Source: Candidatus Microgenomates bacterium
Lineage (GTDB): Bacteria; Patescibacteriota; Microgenomatia; Levybacterales; UBA12049
Assembly (NCBI GenBank): GCA_025451755.1
Contig: JANWJT010000017.1
Location: forward strand, 16,147 to 80,146
Reading direction: 5' to 3'
Length of the DNA stretch: 64,000 nucleotides
The position numbers and the translations under genes were made by a program. This document shows, piece after piece, positions 38,669-48,219 of this stretch. Numbering within the stretch: position 1 is the first letter of the stretch; the number at the start of each line of letters is the position of its first letter. Under the pieces are notes generated by a model. That model was not told where the DNA came from and searched no databases. It saw nothing but the letters and a program-made list of their open reading frames with translations.

Positions 38669-39865
38669 ATGGAAAAAATAATAATTGCAGGGGGTGGATT
38701 TGGCGGAGTTGCAGCTGTAATCTCGCTTTTAAAGTCCCTACCAAAAGAAACTAAGATATTTTTAATCGACAAAAATCCTTATCATCTTTTTACTCCTTCT
38801 CTCTACGAAGTTGCAACAAGCGAATCGCCAATGAAAAATATTGCAATTCCATTTAAGGAAATTTTTGGGAACAGGATCGAAATAATTACAGGAGAGATCT
38901 TGTCAATTCAACCAAAAGATTCAAAGATAAAACTTAAAGATCAGGAAATTTCTTATAATTATCTGCTCCTGGCATTAGGAAGTGAATCCGCATTCTATAA
39001 TATTCCGGGACTTGCCGAATACTCACTTCCACTTAAGACATTAACAGATGCTGTAAAAATAAAAGATGCAATACATAAACTCTATGATTTAAAAGCTCCA
39101 AAAAAAGAAATGGTAAATATAATTGTAGGGGGCGGAGGATTTTCGGGAACAGAGCTTGCTGCAGAGCTTTTAGGGTATGTATATAAATTATCAAAAGAAC
39201 ATGATCTATCATCAAACTTAATAAAGGTTTGTATAATTCAGGGATCAGATAAATTATTAAAAGAACTTGACGACCATGTTGCAAATATTGCAACTACAAG
39301 GCTTAAGAAATTAGGCGCTGATTTTATCTTTGGAAGCCATGTTAAAGGAGTTTTTAAAAATAAACTAGTTACCGATAAAAATCAAGAATTTTCATTTGAT
39401 CTTTTAATTTGGACTGGAGGAGTTAAAGCAAATGGTTTACTTGCAAGTTCAGGCTTAGCGCTAGGTAAATCAGGACAAATTCCTGTTAATGAATTCCTAC
39501 AGACAAAAGAATTTCCAAATGTTTTTGCAGTCGGAGATATTGCAGAATTTACAGATCCTGTCTCGAAAAAATCTGCACCGGGAGTTGCACAGATTGCCGA
39601 AGAAGAAGGTAAAATTGCAGGAGAAAATATTGCAAGATCAATGCAAAAAAAATCACTCGCCCCATACAAATATAAACATTTTGGGTACATTGTTCCATTA
39701 AAAGGAAGATACGCGGTTTATGAAGAGGGATGGCTTCATATAGATGGATTTTTTGCATGGGTTTTACAGCAAATCGTATTTCTTAGATATCTTTTAGGAG
39801 TACTTTCTTTATATAAAGCTTTTAAAAGATGGAATCAGTTCGAAAAAGATTTAAGGCAAGAATAG
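38669..39865 (+). CDS. ndh: Type II NADH:quinone oxidoreductase (NDH-2)
   Basis: Two dinucleotide-binding motifs, IIAGGGFGG and IVGGGGFSGTELA. 398 aa. Confidence 0.8.
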   Translation: MEKIIIAGGGFGGVAAVISLLKSLPKETKIFLIDKNPYHLFTPSLYEVATSESPMKNIAIPFKEIFGNRIEIITGEILSIQPKDSKIKLKDQEISYNYLLLALGSESAFYNIPGLAEYSLPLKTLTDAVKIKDAIHKLYDLKAPKKEMVNIIVGGGGFSGTELAAELLGYVYKLSKEHDLSSNLIKVCIIQGSDKLLKELDDHVANIATTRLKKLGADFIFGSHVKGVFKNKLVTDKNQEFSFDLLIWTGGVKANGLLASSGLALGKSGQIPVNEFLQTKEFPNVFAVGDIAEFTDPVSKKSAPGVAQIAEEEGKIAGENIARSMQKKSLAPYKYKHFGYIVPLKGRYAVYEEGWLHIDGFFAWVLQQIVFLRYLLGVLSLYKAFKRWNQFEKDLRQE

Positions 39866-39870
39866 GATTG

Positions 39871-39889
39871 ATCCCGATTTGATCGGGAT
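39871..39889 (+). other. 8-bp inverted repeat ATCCCGAT-ttg-ATCGGGAT between ndh and sodN. It overlaps a TTGACA -35-like hexamer at 39889-39894.
   Basis: Hairpin read directly from the sequence, with no T-tract after it. Possible operator or weak terminator. Confidence 0.3.
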
Positions 39890-39926
39890 TGACAAACAGT
39901 AAGTAAAGTTTTATGTTATATTGGTT

Positions 39927-40418
39927 ATGAGAAGAGTAATTGAAATTATATCAAAAATATTCCCTTCTAAAATCGTGTTTGCGCACTGCGATATTCCGTG
40001 CGGAATCTATGATCCTCATAATGCTCAGATGGCAGCACATACAGTTTTACGGATGACGCAGATTATGGATGAGATTGGAAAAATTAAGAACCCATCAGCA
40101 GAAGATAGGTCAAAATTTATCCGCTGCGTTAAGGTTAAAGAAGAACATGGAGAAATAGTAGAAGACGAACTGGGAACTTTAGAGAATGATTATTTTAAAG
40201 AAGAGCATTTTAAAAAATTCCCAAACTTAAAAGAACTTATTGAAGTGGCTGTCAAACTTTCTATAAAAACCAGACAAAATGTCGATTTAGAAAGTTCGAA
40301 GAAAATGATTGATGTTGCTATGCAAATTGCAGAAATATTCTACAAGACTAAAGATCTTGCACCTGTGCGAGTCTCCTCGGGTTATCCTACTGGGGGAGAA
40401 ATTGTAATTCACAAATAA
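39927..40418 (+). CDS. sodN: Nickel superoxide dismutase precursor
   Basis: A propeptide, then the Ni-hook HCDIPCGIY (consensus HCDLPCGVY). Start taken as the ATG at 39927 rather than the TTG at 39921. Confidence 0.85.
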   Translation: MRRVIEIISKIFPSKIVFAHCDIPCGIYDPHNAQMAAHTVLRMTQIMDEIGKIKNPSAEDRSKFIRCVKVKEEHGEIVEDELGTLENDYFKEEHFKKFPNLKELIEVAVKLSIKTRQNVDLESSKKMIDVAMQIAEIFYKTKDLAPVRVSSGYPTGGEIVIHK

Positions 40419-40703
40419 ATGCTTCTTGGTAAGTTTAAAATTTCAGGTCACAGCATGGAGCCATTTTTCTTAAATAATCAAACAGTTTTAATAAGTTCGA
40501 TTCCATTTCTTTTTTCAAAACCAAAAAACGGAGAAGTTGTAGTTTTTGAACATAAAAACAAAAAATATATTAAAAGAATCACAAAATTATCTAATAATAG
40601 ATATTTTCTGGAGGGATACAATAAAAAAGACAGTTTAGATAGTAAAAAAATTGGGTGGATAGAGGGAAAAAATATAATTGGAAAAATCGTATTTAAGATT
40701 TAA
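40419..40703 (+). CDS. sodX: Ni-SOD maturation protease (S26 signal-peptidase family)
   Basis: SGHSMEP catalytic-Ser motif, immediately after sodN. Confidence 0.75.
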   Translation: MLLGKFKISGHSMEPFFLNNQTVLISSIPFLFSKPKNGEVVVFEHKNKKYIKRITKLSNNRYFLEGYNKKDSLDSKKIGWIEGKNIIGKIVFKI

Positions 40704-40705
40704 GA

Positions 40706-41218
40706 ATGCTTGAATTAATCTTTCTATCAATAATAATATTTCTGCTCTTGATTCTGTCATGGGTTTGGCCGCCGAATAGTCCATGGGCGCCGTGGTGGAG
40801 GACAAATAGAAAAACAGCACGTGCAATTTGCAAACTTGCAGAAATTTCAAAAAATGACATTGTTTATGATTTAGGATGCGGAGACGGAACTTTTATTATT
40901 ACAGCAGCAAAAGAATTTAAGGCCGAGGCAATCGGAGTAGAAATTGATCCATCCCGTTTTTTAATTTCGAAAATCCGTATCTGTCTCAATAATTTATCTT
41001 CAAAAGTCAAAATAAAAAGAAAAAGTTTTTTCAATGAAGATTTATCGCAAGCAACAGTTGTAGTAATCTATCTTGTTCCAAAAACTCTTGAAAAACTTTT
41101 ACCAAAGTTTAAAAAAGAATTAAAAAAAGGAACCAGAATTATAAGTTATAAATATAAGATTAATCTAAGGCTCGAAAAAGAAGATAAAAAAAATAATCTA
41201 AGACTCTATGTTATTTAA
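40706..41218 (+). CDS. Class I SAM-dependent methyltransferase
   Basis: Motif I VYDLGCGDG. Confidence 0.7.
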   Translation: MLELIFLSIIIFLLLILSWVWPPNSPWAPWWRTNRKTARAICKLAEISKNDIVYDLGCGDGTFIITAAKEFKAEAIGVEIDPSRFLISKIRICLNNLSSKVKIKRKSFFNEDLSQATVVVIYLVPKTLEKLLPKFKKELKKGTRIISYKYKINLRLEKEDKKNNLRLYVI

Positions 41219-42194
41219 ATTTTAAAATCATCCACCTTAGTTTATCTACGATTTTGTAAACGTTGTATAAAATTGGATTTATTACTAAATCATAACTTCC
41301 CACGAATTCTACAAGTTCTGCTCCATACCCTTGTTTGAATTTGTGAAATCCATGCCACGAATCTTTTGGGTCAGGATTTGGTCCAAGCGCTCCCCACATA
41401 TCAAATTTTTTAAGTCCCAGCTTTTTCCCAAATTTTATTGCCTCCCACATTATTAAATTTGAAGCCATAGTTTCTCTATTTTTATCACTTGATGCACCAT
41501 ATGGGTAGTAGAGAGTGTCTTTAAATATGAACAGTATCCACGCGACTAAAGTTTCTTTTTTATACCTTGCTAGAAGGAGATGAGCGGTAAGTTGATCAGG
41601 ATTTATGATTGACGATTTATGATTTACGATTTTTAATGCTTGCCACATAAGCTCGTGATATTTTTGGGTGTGAGCGTAAAATTTTTGCCTTTTTGTAGTT
41701 TCGTTAGTTAATTTTAAATATTCTTTAAAAGCTTTATCGGAATTATCCTCGATAATTTCTACGCCGTGTTTTTGTGCAACTTTTATGTTATATCGGGTTT
41801 TTTGATGCATGCCTTTAAGTAATTCATCTTCACTTTTGATAAGATCAAGAACAAAAGTGTATTTGGTAAAAAGAGGATGAGCAGCGGGAACAAGATTATT
41901 ATTGACTATTGACGATTTACCATTTGCCATTGACGAGGGGACGTTTGGTTCCAACTGAATAAAGATGCAATTATTCTCTCTTCCTATTTTTTTTAGCGTT
42001 TCGATAAGTTTTTTGTCTGGCAGATTTCCTTTTGGTAAATAACCAATATTCCATTTCGTCCGCGGAATTTTATGAATGGTTAGTTGAAAATTATCTCCTC
42101 TTACGACTTTTACTCCAGTTTTTTCTCTAAATTCTCCCCATTCAAACGCTTGAAGAGGATGATTGGCAAACTTATTTAAATCTTTGGGCTTCAT
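41211..42194 (-). CDS. FemAB-family peptidoglycan aminoacyltransferase-like protein
   Basis: 327 aa. The layout matches FemX-like (Lipid II:aminoacyl-tRNA transferase) proteins. Confidence 0.55.
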   Translation of the reverse strand: MKPKDLNKFANHPLQAFEWGEFREKTGVKVVRGDNFQLTIHKIPRTKWNIGYLPKGNLPDKKLIETLKKIGRENNCIFIQLEPNVPSSMANGKSSIVNNNLVPAAHPLFTKYTFVLDLIKSEDELLKGMHQKTRYNIKVAQKHGVEIIEDNSDKAFKEYLKLTNETTKRQKFYAHTQKYHELMWQALKIVNHKSSIINPDQLTAHLLLARYKKETLVAWILFIFKDTLYYPYGASSDKNRETMASNLIMWEAIKFGKKLGLKKFDMWGALGPNPDPKDSWHGFHKFKQGYGAELVEFVGSYDLVINPILYNVYKIVDKLRWMILKFK

Positions 42195-44047
42195 ATAAAT
42201 TCGACGGATTCAGTTTCTAAAACTGGAAAATTCTTGGAAAGAACTTTTTCCGGGAGTTCAAGAACAAATCTGGAAACAATATTTGAAGTTCTCTGTCCAA
42301 AGAAAAGTCTTTTTCGGGAATATGTTAAAAATAATTTTTCTTTTGCCCGGGTCATGCCAACATAGCAAAGTCTTCTTTCTTCTTCAAGTTCATTTTTATC
42401 CATAAGACTTCTTGAATGAGGAAAAAGACCTTCTTCCATGCCAACCATAAAAACAACAGGAAACTCAAGCCCCTTCGCGCCATGAAGCGTCATAAGATTT
42501 ACCCGCTCGCCATCGCTACGCTCAGACGTTAGCGGACGGGTCGTATCTTTTGGTTCGTATTCCCGTTCAACCAATGCAACATTTTCTAAAAACTCAATAA
42601 TATTTGGGAATTCTATGGCAACAGATCTTAGTTCTTTGATATTCTCAAGCCTTGCTCTATCTTCTTCGTCTTTTTCATCATACAGAGAAAGATAATCTGT
42701 CTTTGCTATAACATTATCTAGAATTTCAAGAGTCGGAGTTGTTTCGGTCTCCGCCTCTTTAAAATCTTCCATAAATTCAAGAAACTTATTTAATCTTCCT
42801 TTGCCCAATTTTTCTATTCTTTTATAAGAAACAGTATCTTTTGGATTAGCAATAAGACTTAAATACGCTAAGACATCTTTTATTTCGCGTCTTTCATAAA
42901 ATCTTATTCCTCCTATTAAAACATAAGAAATTCCTTGATGTAAGAATACTTCTTCAATTGCTCTAGATTGGGCATTGGTTCTGTAAAGAACTGCAAAATC
43001 GGAATAAGAAAGACTAGGATTTTTAGATTTTAGCTCAAGGATTCTATTTATTATAAATTCTCCTTCGTCGTGCTCATTTCTGGATTCATACAAAGTAATG
43101 TCTTCGCCTTTTGGATTTTCTGTCCATAATTCAAGTACGGGATGGGAAGTATTTTTAGAAATAACAGATGATGCGCCGTCTAGAATTTTTTGGGTTGAAC
43201 GGTAATTTTGAGAAAGAGAAAATGTTTGGGTATTTTTGAAATCGTCTTTAAACTTTGAAAGATTTTGGAAGTCCGCGCCGCGCCAGGAATAAATACTTTG
43301 AGAAAAATCTCCAACAACGCAGATATTTAAGGATTCAGTTCCTGTTAATATTTTTGTTAACATATACTGCGCATGATTTGTGTCTTGATACTCATCGACT
43401 AAAATATATTTAAATTTATCCTGATACTTTTTAATAATGTCTGGGTTTTTATCGAAAAGCTCTATAGTTTTTAGAATTAAGTCATCAAAGTCTAAGGCGC
43501 CATTTTCCGAAAGAAGCTTTTGGTAAATGGGGTAAATGCGAGAGACTGTTTCCTGAAAATATCCTCTGGCATAATTTAAATATTCAGTCGCTGTTATAAG
43601 CTGATTTTTTGCCTGCGATATTGTTGTTAAAATTGACGAAGGCTTAAAATCTTTAATTGAAATATCTAATATTTTCATCGCCTGTTTTACTCCCTCAACT
43701 TGATCCTGATCATCATAAATAACAAAATTACGGGATATTCCAATACTTTGTCCATCAATTCTTAAGATTTTTGCGCATAATGAATGAAAAGTGGCAATAG
43801 TTGGATTCATGCTTTGGGAAAATTTTTGGATTCTTTCTTTCATTTCTTTGGCAGCTTTATTTGTAAAAGTAACCATGAGAATATTATTTGAGTCAACTCC
43901 GAGGAAATTTATTAGATAAATAACTTTATATGTTAAAACTCTTGTTTTGCCCGACCCGGCGCCCGCTAAGATAATTGTAGGTCCGTCGGTTTTTATAACT
44001 GCTTTTTGTTGATCGGGGTTTAAGTCCTTGAGAAAGTCTTTGTCCAT
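42191..44047 (-). CDS. pcrA: ATP-dependent DNA helicase PcrA/UvrD
   Basis: LNPDQQKAV, then the Walker A AGAGSGKTRVL, plus SF1 helicase motifs. Confidence 0.9.
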   Translation of the reverse strand: MDKDFLKDLNPDQQKAVIKTDGPTIILAGAGSGKTRVLTYKVIYLINFLGVDSNNILMVTFTNKAAKEMKERIQKFSQSMNPTIATFHSLCAKILRIDGQSIGISRNFVIYDDQDQVEGVKQAMKILDISIKDFKPSSILTTISQAKNQLITATEYLNYARGYFQETVSRIYPIYQKLLSENGALDFDDLILKTIELFDKNPDIIKKYQDKFKYILVDEYQDTNHAQYMLTKILTGTESLNICVVGDFSQSIYSWRGADFQNLSKFKDDFKNTQTFSLSQNYRSTQKILDGASSVISKNTSHPVLELWTENPKGEDITLYESRNEHDEGEFIINRILELKSKNPSLSYSDFAVLYRTNAQSRAIEEVFLHQGISYVLIGGIRFYERREIKDVLAYLSLIANPKDTVSYKRIEKLGKGRLNKFLEFMEDFKEAETETTPTLEILDNVIAKTDYLSLYDEKDEEDRARLENIKELRSVAIEFPNIIEFLENVALVEREYEPKDTTRPLTSERSDGERVNLMTLHGAKGLEFPVVFMVGMEEGLFPHSRSLMDKNELEEERRLCYVGMTRAKEKLFLTYSRKRLFFGQRTSNIVSRFVLELPEKVLSKNFPVLETESVEFI

Positions 44048-44080
44048 AATCTATAATAGAAGAACTCAAGTTATTGTACC

Positions 44081-44794
44081 ATGAAAAAACTTTTTATTAT
44101 AGCTAATTGGAAGTCAAATAAGACCATCGAAGAGACAGAAAAATGGTTTCATGATTTTTCTGAAAAACTATTGTTAGAATCTGCCGACCTTTCAAATAAA
44201 GAGCTAATAATTTGCCCTCCTTTTACAGCTATTGAACGTTCTCATGACTACTCAGTCAATTTAAAACTGTCAATAAAAATAGGTGCACAAAATATTTCTA
44301 AGTTTAAACAAGGAGCCCATACGGGAGAAGTAACAGGAGAAATGTTGGAAAGCTTAGTTTTATATTGCATTGTGGGGCATTCAGAAAGGAGAAAATATTT
44401 TGGAGAAACAGATGATGATGTTATTGAAAAAATAAAACTTCTCTTGGAATACAAAATTACACCTGTTCTTTGCATAAGTGATTTGTCGCAGTTAGATTCC
44501 TATGTTGATAGGGGAAAGCAAATCATAGAAAAAGCAGAAGATATAATATTTGTTTATGAGCCGCCAAATGCGATTAGCGGTGGAGGAGAATATAAACCTG
44601 ATTCTCCTGACGATGCAAATTTGAATGCCGGAAAAATCAAAGAAAAAGTTGGTGAAACAAAAATTTTATATGGCGGAAGCGTGAATTCAGATAACGCTTC
44701 TTCGTTTTTTTCTCAGCCAAACATAGACGGAGCTTTGGTAGGGCAAGCAAGCCTTGATCCGATTGAATTTCTTCAGATAATTAAGAATGCGTAA
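44081..44794 (+). CDS. tpiA: Triose-phosphate isomerase
   Basis: IIANWKSNKT, the GHSERR catalytic region, and YGGSV. Confidence 0.85.
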   Translation: MKKLFIIANWKSNKTIEETEKWFHDFSEKLLLESADLSNKELIICPPFTAIERSHDYSVNLKLSIKIGAQNISKFKQGAHTGEVTGEMLESLVLYCIVGHSERRKYFGETDDDVIEKIKLLLEYKITPVLCISDLSQLDSYVDRGKQIIEKAEDIIFVYEPPNAISGGGEYKPDSPDDANLNAGKIKEKVGETKILYGGSVNSDNASSFFSQPNIDGALVGQASLDPIEFLQIIKNA

Positions 44795-45908
44795 TAAAAA
44801 CCTGCGTGCCGATAAAGCAGAAAAATTTAAAAAAGTTGTTCTAATTATTTTAAGCCTAATAGTTCTTTTTTTTGTTGGAAAAGCCATTATTAAAATTGCA
44901 GAATTTACACCATTTTTATTTCAGCTTATTTTTAATAGAGAAATAGATCTTAAAACAAATGACGATCACATAAATATTCTTCTTCTTGGAATTGGCGGAA
45001 AAAACCATCAAGGTCCAAATCTCACAGACACGCTAATTTTTACAAGCATTTCTACAAAAGGAGATAAGGCAACGCTCGTTTCTATCCCGAGGGATTTATG
45101 GATTCCCGATCTTTCTGCCAAGATTAACACAGCTTATTCAACAGGAGAAAGTAAAAGACAGGGTGGAGGCATAGTGCTTTCTAAAGCAGTTGTTTCAAAA
45201 ATTGTAAATCAGCCGATTGATTATGTTTTAAGGATAGATTTTGATGGATTTATTAAGGCAGTGGATTTAATTGGAGGAATATCGGTAAATGTTGATAGAA
45301 ATTTCGACGATTATGAATATCCGATTGACGGAAAAGAAGAAGATCCTTGTGGGCATAGCGATGCAGAGCTTAAAGAATTAGCAACTGCATCCTCTCAGCT
45401 TGAGGCATTCCCCTGCAGATATAATCATGTTCACTTTGATAAAGGACTACAGGAAATGGATGGAAAAACCGCTCTTCAATTTGTAAGGTCCCGTCATGCT
45501 CAGGGAGCAGATGGTTCGGATTTTGCAAGAAGTCAAAGGCAGGAAAAAATAATAAAAGCTTTCAAAGACAAAATATTTTCTCTTCAAACACTTACAAATC
45601 CTGCAAAGGTAGTAAGTCTCTATAGCATTTTAAAAGACAGCATAGATACAGATATAAAAGACGATGAATTCGATGATTTTATAAGACTTGCTGGGAAGAT
45701 GAAGGCAGTACAAATAGAGAGCGCAGTATTAGATGTAGGAAATGATGAAGCAAAACGTCCAGGACTTTTAGTAAATCCTGTTTCGGGCAAAGAATATAAT
45801 TTTGAATGGGTACTCTTGCCAAAAATTGGGAATGGCAATTTTTCGGAAATTCAAAAATATATAGATTGCGAAATTAAAATCGGAAATTGTCCTATTTCTA
45901 CAGAGTAA
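44787..45908 (+). CDS. LytR-CpsA-Psr (LCP) family cell-envelope phosphotransferase
   Basis: INILLLGIGGKNHQGPNLTDTLIFTSI...LVSIPRDLWIP is the LCP core. Confidence 0.8.
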   Translation: MRNKNLRADKAEKFKKVVLIILSLIVLFFVGKAIIKIAEFTPFLFQLIFNREIDLKTNDDHINILLLGIGGKNHQGPNLTDTLIFTSISTKGDKATLVSIPRDLWIPDLSAKINTAYSTGESKRQGGGIVLSKAVVSKIVNQPIDYVLRIDFDGFIKAVDLIGGISVNVDRNFDDYEYPIDGKEEDPCGHSDAELKELATASSQLEAFPCRYNHVHFDKGLQEMDGKTALQFVRSRHAQGADGSDFARSQRQEKIIKAFKDKIFSLQTLTNPAKVVSLYSILKDSIDTDIKDDEFDDFIRLAGKMKAVQIESAVLDVGNDEAKRPGLLVNPVSGKEYNFEWVLLPKIGNGNFSEIQKYIDCEIKIGNCPISTE

Positions 45909-48177
45909 TTTTATAAATTTTTGTTTTTCCATTTTTGTAAATTATCTTTCCAATAGTTTCAAATTTCCTTTCATTTAAATTTGTATATTTTTGATATTCC
46001 AAATCCCCAATAAATATATAATCAATTTTATATTTTTTAATTAACTCTTTGGTTCTGTTAATATCAGTATTTTCATAGAGCGTTTGAACTTCCGTAATTC
46101 TTGGAGCAGGAATATCATATGTCCCTCTCCATAGCCATTCGTGAACTGTCCATCCTAAAACAGTTGGAAGCCCGGTATTTGCAGAAATTCTGGCAAAATC
46201 GGTATATGAATCTCCTTGTGCTTCAAGAATTACAGGTTGTCCTTTTATATTTTTATTAATCCAATAGATAGCGTCGTAGTCTGTGGGGTAAAGATTTTTT
46301 AAATATTTTGTTCCGTCGAGTCCTAGTTGTGCTTTTAGATTTCCGTAAAAAGAGTTGATTGCAAAATATGGATATAAAAACACTAAAAATAATCCAATAA
46401 TACCAAGAACCATCAACGGGAGAATTTTCCATTTACTATTTACCATTTTCCATTGAGATACAAAGCGGACAATTATATATCCGGATGCAATCGAAAGCAT
46501 AATGAAGGACTGGTATACAAGCTTAAACATGGTGTTTGCCCGATAATGGGCTGGGTATATATCTTTTGCATACATTAATTCAGGAATTATTATTAGAATT
46601 GTAGAAAGAAGAATTAAAGCAAATACAAATAAATCTGTTTTTTCTAAATCTTTGAGTTTTGCAGTATAATTCTTAAGTTTTATATTTCTGAAGATGGAGA
46701 TTATAAAAGTTATTACCCAAAAATAAAAAAATCCATAGAGTGTAAATATTTGCCACCAGGGTGATTTTTGACAATGCGCCTCTTCAAAAATAAACGGACC
46801 AAGTTTTCCTACTCTTACTAAGAATTCAGGTGGGCAAACTATTCCGATTCCCGAAACGAATGGCTTGAAATAATGGTTAAATGGATAAGAGAAGATAAAA
46901 AAACCAACTAGAATTAGCGTATAGAGAATAGCGTATTGTGTATAGTTTCTAGATCGATGTGCAAGATATAAGAATACAATAAATGTCAAAAGTGCATAAA
47001 TTATTCCATCCCATGCATTTGTTGTATACATTACTGCTAGGAGAAATCCTAGCAGTAAAACTCGAAACTCTAAGCTCGAAATTCTAAATAAATTCCAAAT
47101 TTTAAAACTTAAATTCTCAAAATGTTTAGAATTTAGTGCTTCGGATTTAGATATTAGCGAAAAGAGGAGTGCTATTGTTAAAAGCACCATTGGTATATCT
47201 AATACATGACCATGAAGATCTGAGACGACAAAAGAATATAAAGGAAACTCATGGATAGTATTTTGGATAAAACGAGTTGCGTTTGGATACCAATAATTAT
47301 TAGGAAGCGTTGAAAGCGAAAATGGTAAATGCCAAAAAGGAACGGGATTTTCTCCGGAATAATTTTTAAAAAAAGCATAAATTGTTTGCAAATTTCCCGC
47401 AAAAGAAACAATAAAAGCAGTCAAAAAACCTCCGGTTAAAGCTCCAAATTCGAAATTTAAAATTCCAAATAATTTTCGGTTACCTAAATTCAAAACTTTA
47501 GAATTTTTAACACCCTGGTTTATTTGTGATTTGAGCATATAGATTAGATTTGCTCCAATAGAAAAAGATGCTGTAAAAGTAAATGCAAAAATTGTTGCGA
47601 TCATAAAATTGAATGTAATATTTGAAGAAATATTAGAAAGTTTTGTTAAGACCGCTGTTACTAAATGACCAAAATAATAGTAGTTTATTGGTAATGGAGT
47701 GAACCACATGTCTTTTGGAGGAAAAAATTCACTTCTTAAGATCGAATTTAGAATCCCAAAATCCATATACTTTTCAAGACCATGGATATCTGGCTGGAAG
47801 GATTTTACATAGCACCAAAGTAAAAAACATAAAGTAAATAAAATTTCCTCAAAAATAAAAATTGTGCGGTGTTCTTTTATTTTTTTTAAAAATGTTTTTA
47901 GGCCACCATTTTTATCTCGGATAATAAATGAAATATTCAATGCTGCAAAAAAAATCAATATCACAACAGAATTTGCAAATGAAAAAGGAATAATACGTAG
48001 AACCCCTAATAGAAAAATAGAATAAGAAACAATAATAATTCCCAATATTTTAGAAAATATATACCCCTTGTCAAAAAAGTTTTTAAATACAGAAAATGCT
48101 AGAGGAAGAAAAATAATTCCAATAAGAAAAATTAATAACCACCATTTTATCAATGAAGATATATCTACAAATTGCAT
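45898..48177 (-). CDS. Large polytopic membrane protein, GT-C-fold glycosyltransferase-like
   Basis: 759 aa, 15 or more TM helices, and a soluble C-terminal domain. Family not resolved by eye. Confidence 0.4.
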   Translation of the reverse strand: MQFVDISSLIKWWLLIFLIGIIFLPLAFSVFKNFFDKGYIFSKILGIIIVSYSIFLLGVLRIIPFSFANSVVILIFFAALNISFIIRDKNGGLKTFLKKIKEHRTIFIFEEILFTLCFLLWCYVKSFQPDIHGLEKYMDFGILNSILRSEFFPPKDMWFTPLPINYYYFGHLVTAVLTKLSNISSNITFNFMIATIFAFTFTASFSIGANLIYMLKSQINQGVKNSKVLNLGNRKLFGILNFEFGALTGGFLTAFIVSFAGNLQTIYAFFKNYSGENPVPFWHLPFSLSTLPNNYWYPNATRFIQNTIHEFPLYSFVVSDLHGHVLDIPMVLLTIALLFSLISKSEALNSKHFENLSFKIWNLFRISSLEFRVLLLGFLLAVMYTTNAWDGIIYALLTFIVFLYLAHRSRNYTQYAILYTLILVGFFIFSYPFNHYFKPFVSGIGIVCPPEFLVRVGKLGPFIFEEAHCQKSPWWQIFTLYGFFYFWVITFIISIFRNIKLKNYTAKLKDLEKTDLFVFALILLSTILIIIPELMYAKDIYPAHYRANTMFKLVYQSFIMLSIASGYIIVRFVSQWKMVNSKWKILPLMVLGIIGLFLVFLYPYFAINSFYGNLKAQLGLDGTKYLKNLYPTDYDAIYWINKNIKGQPVILEAQGDSYTDFARISANTGLPTVLGWTVHEWLWRGTYDIPAPRITEVQTLYENTDINRTKELIKKYKIDYIFIGDLEYQKYTNLNERKFETIGKIIYKNGKTKIYKITL

Positions 48178-48219
48178 ATGTAATTTATATCATAAAGTAT
48201 TAACGAGATGTTAGATTAT

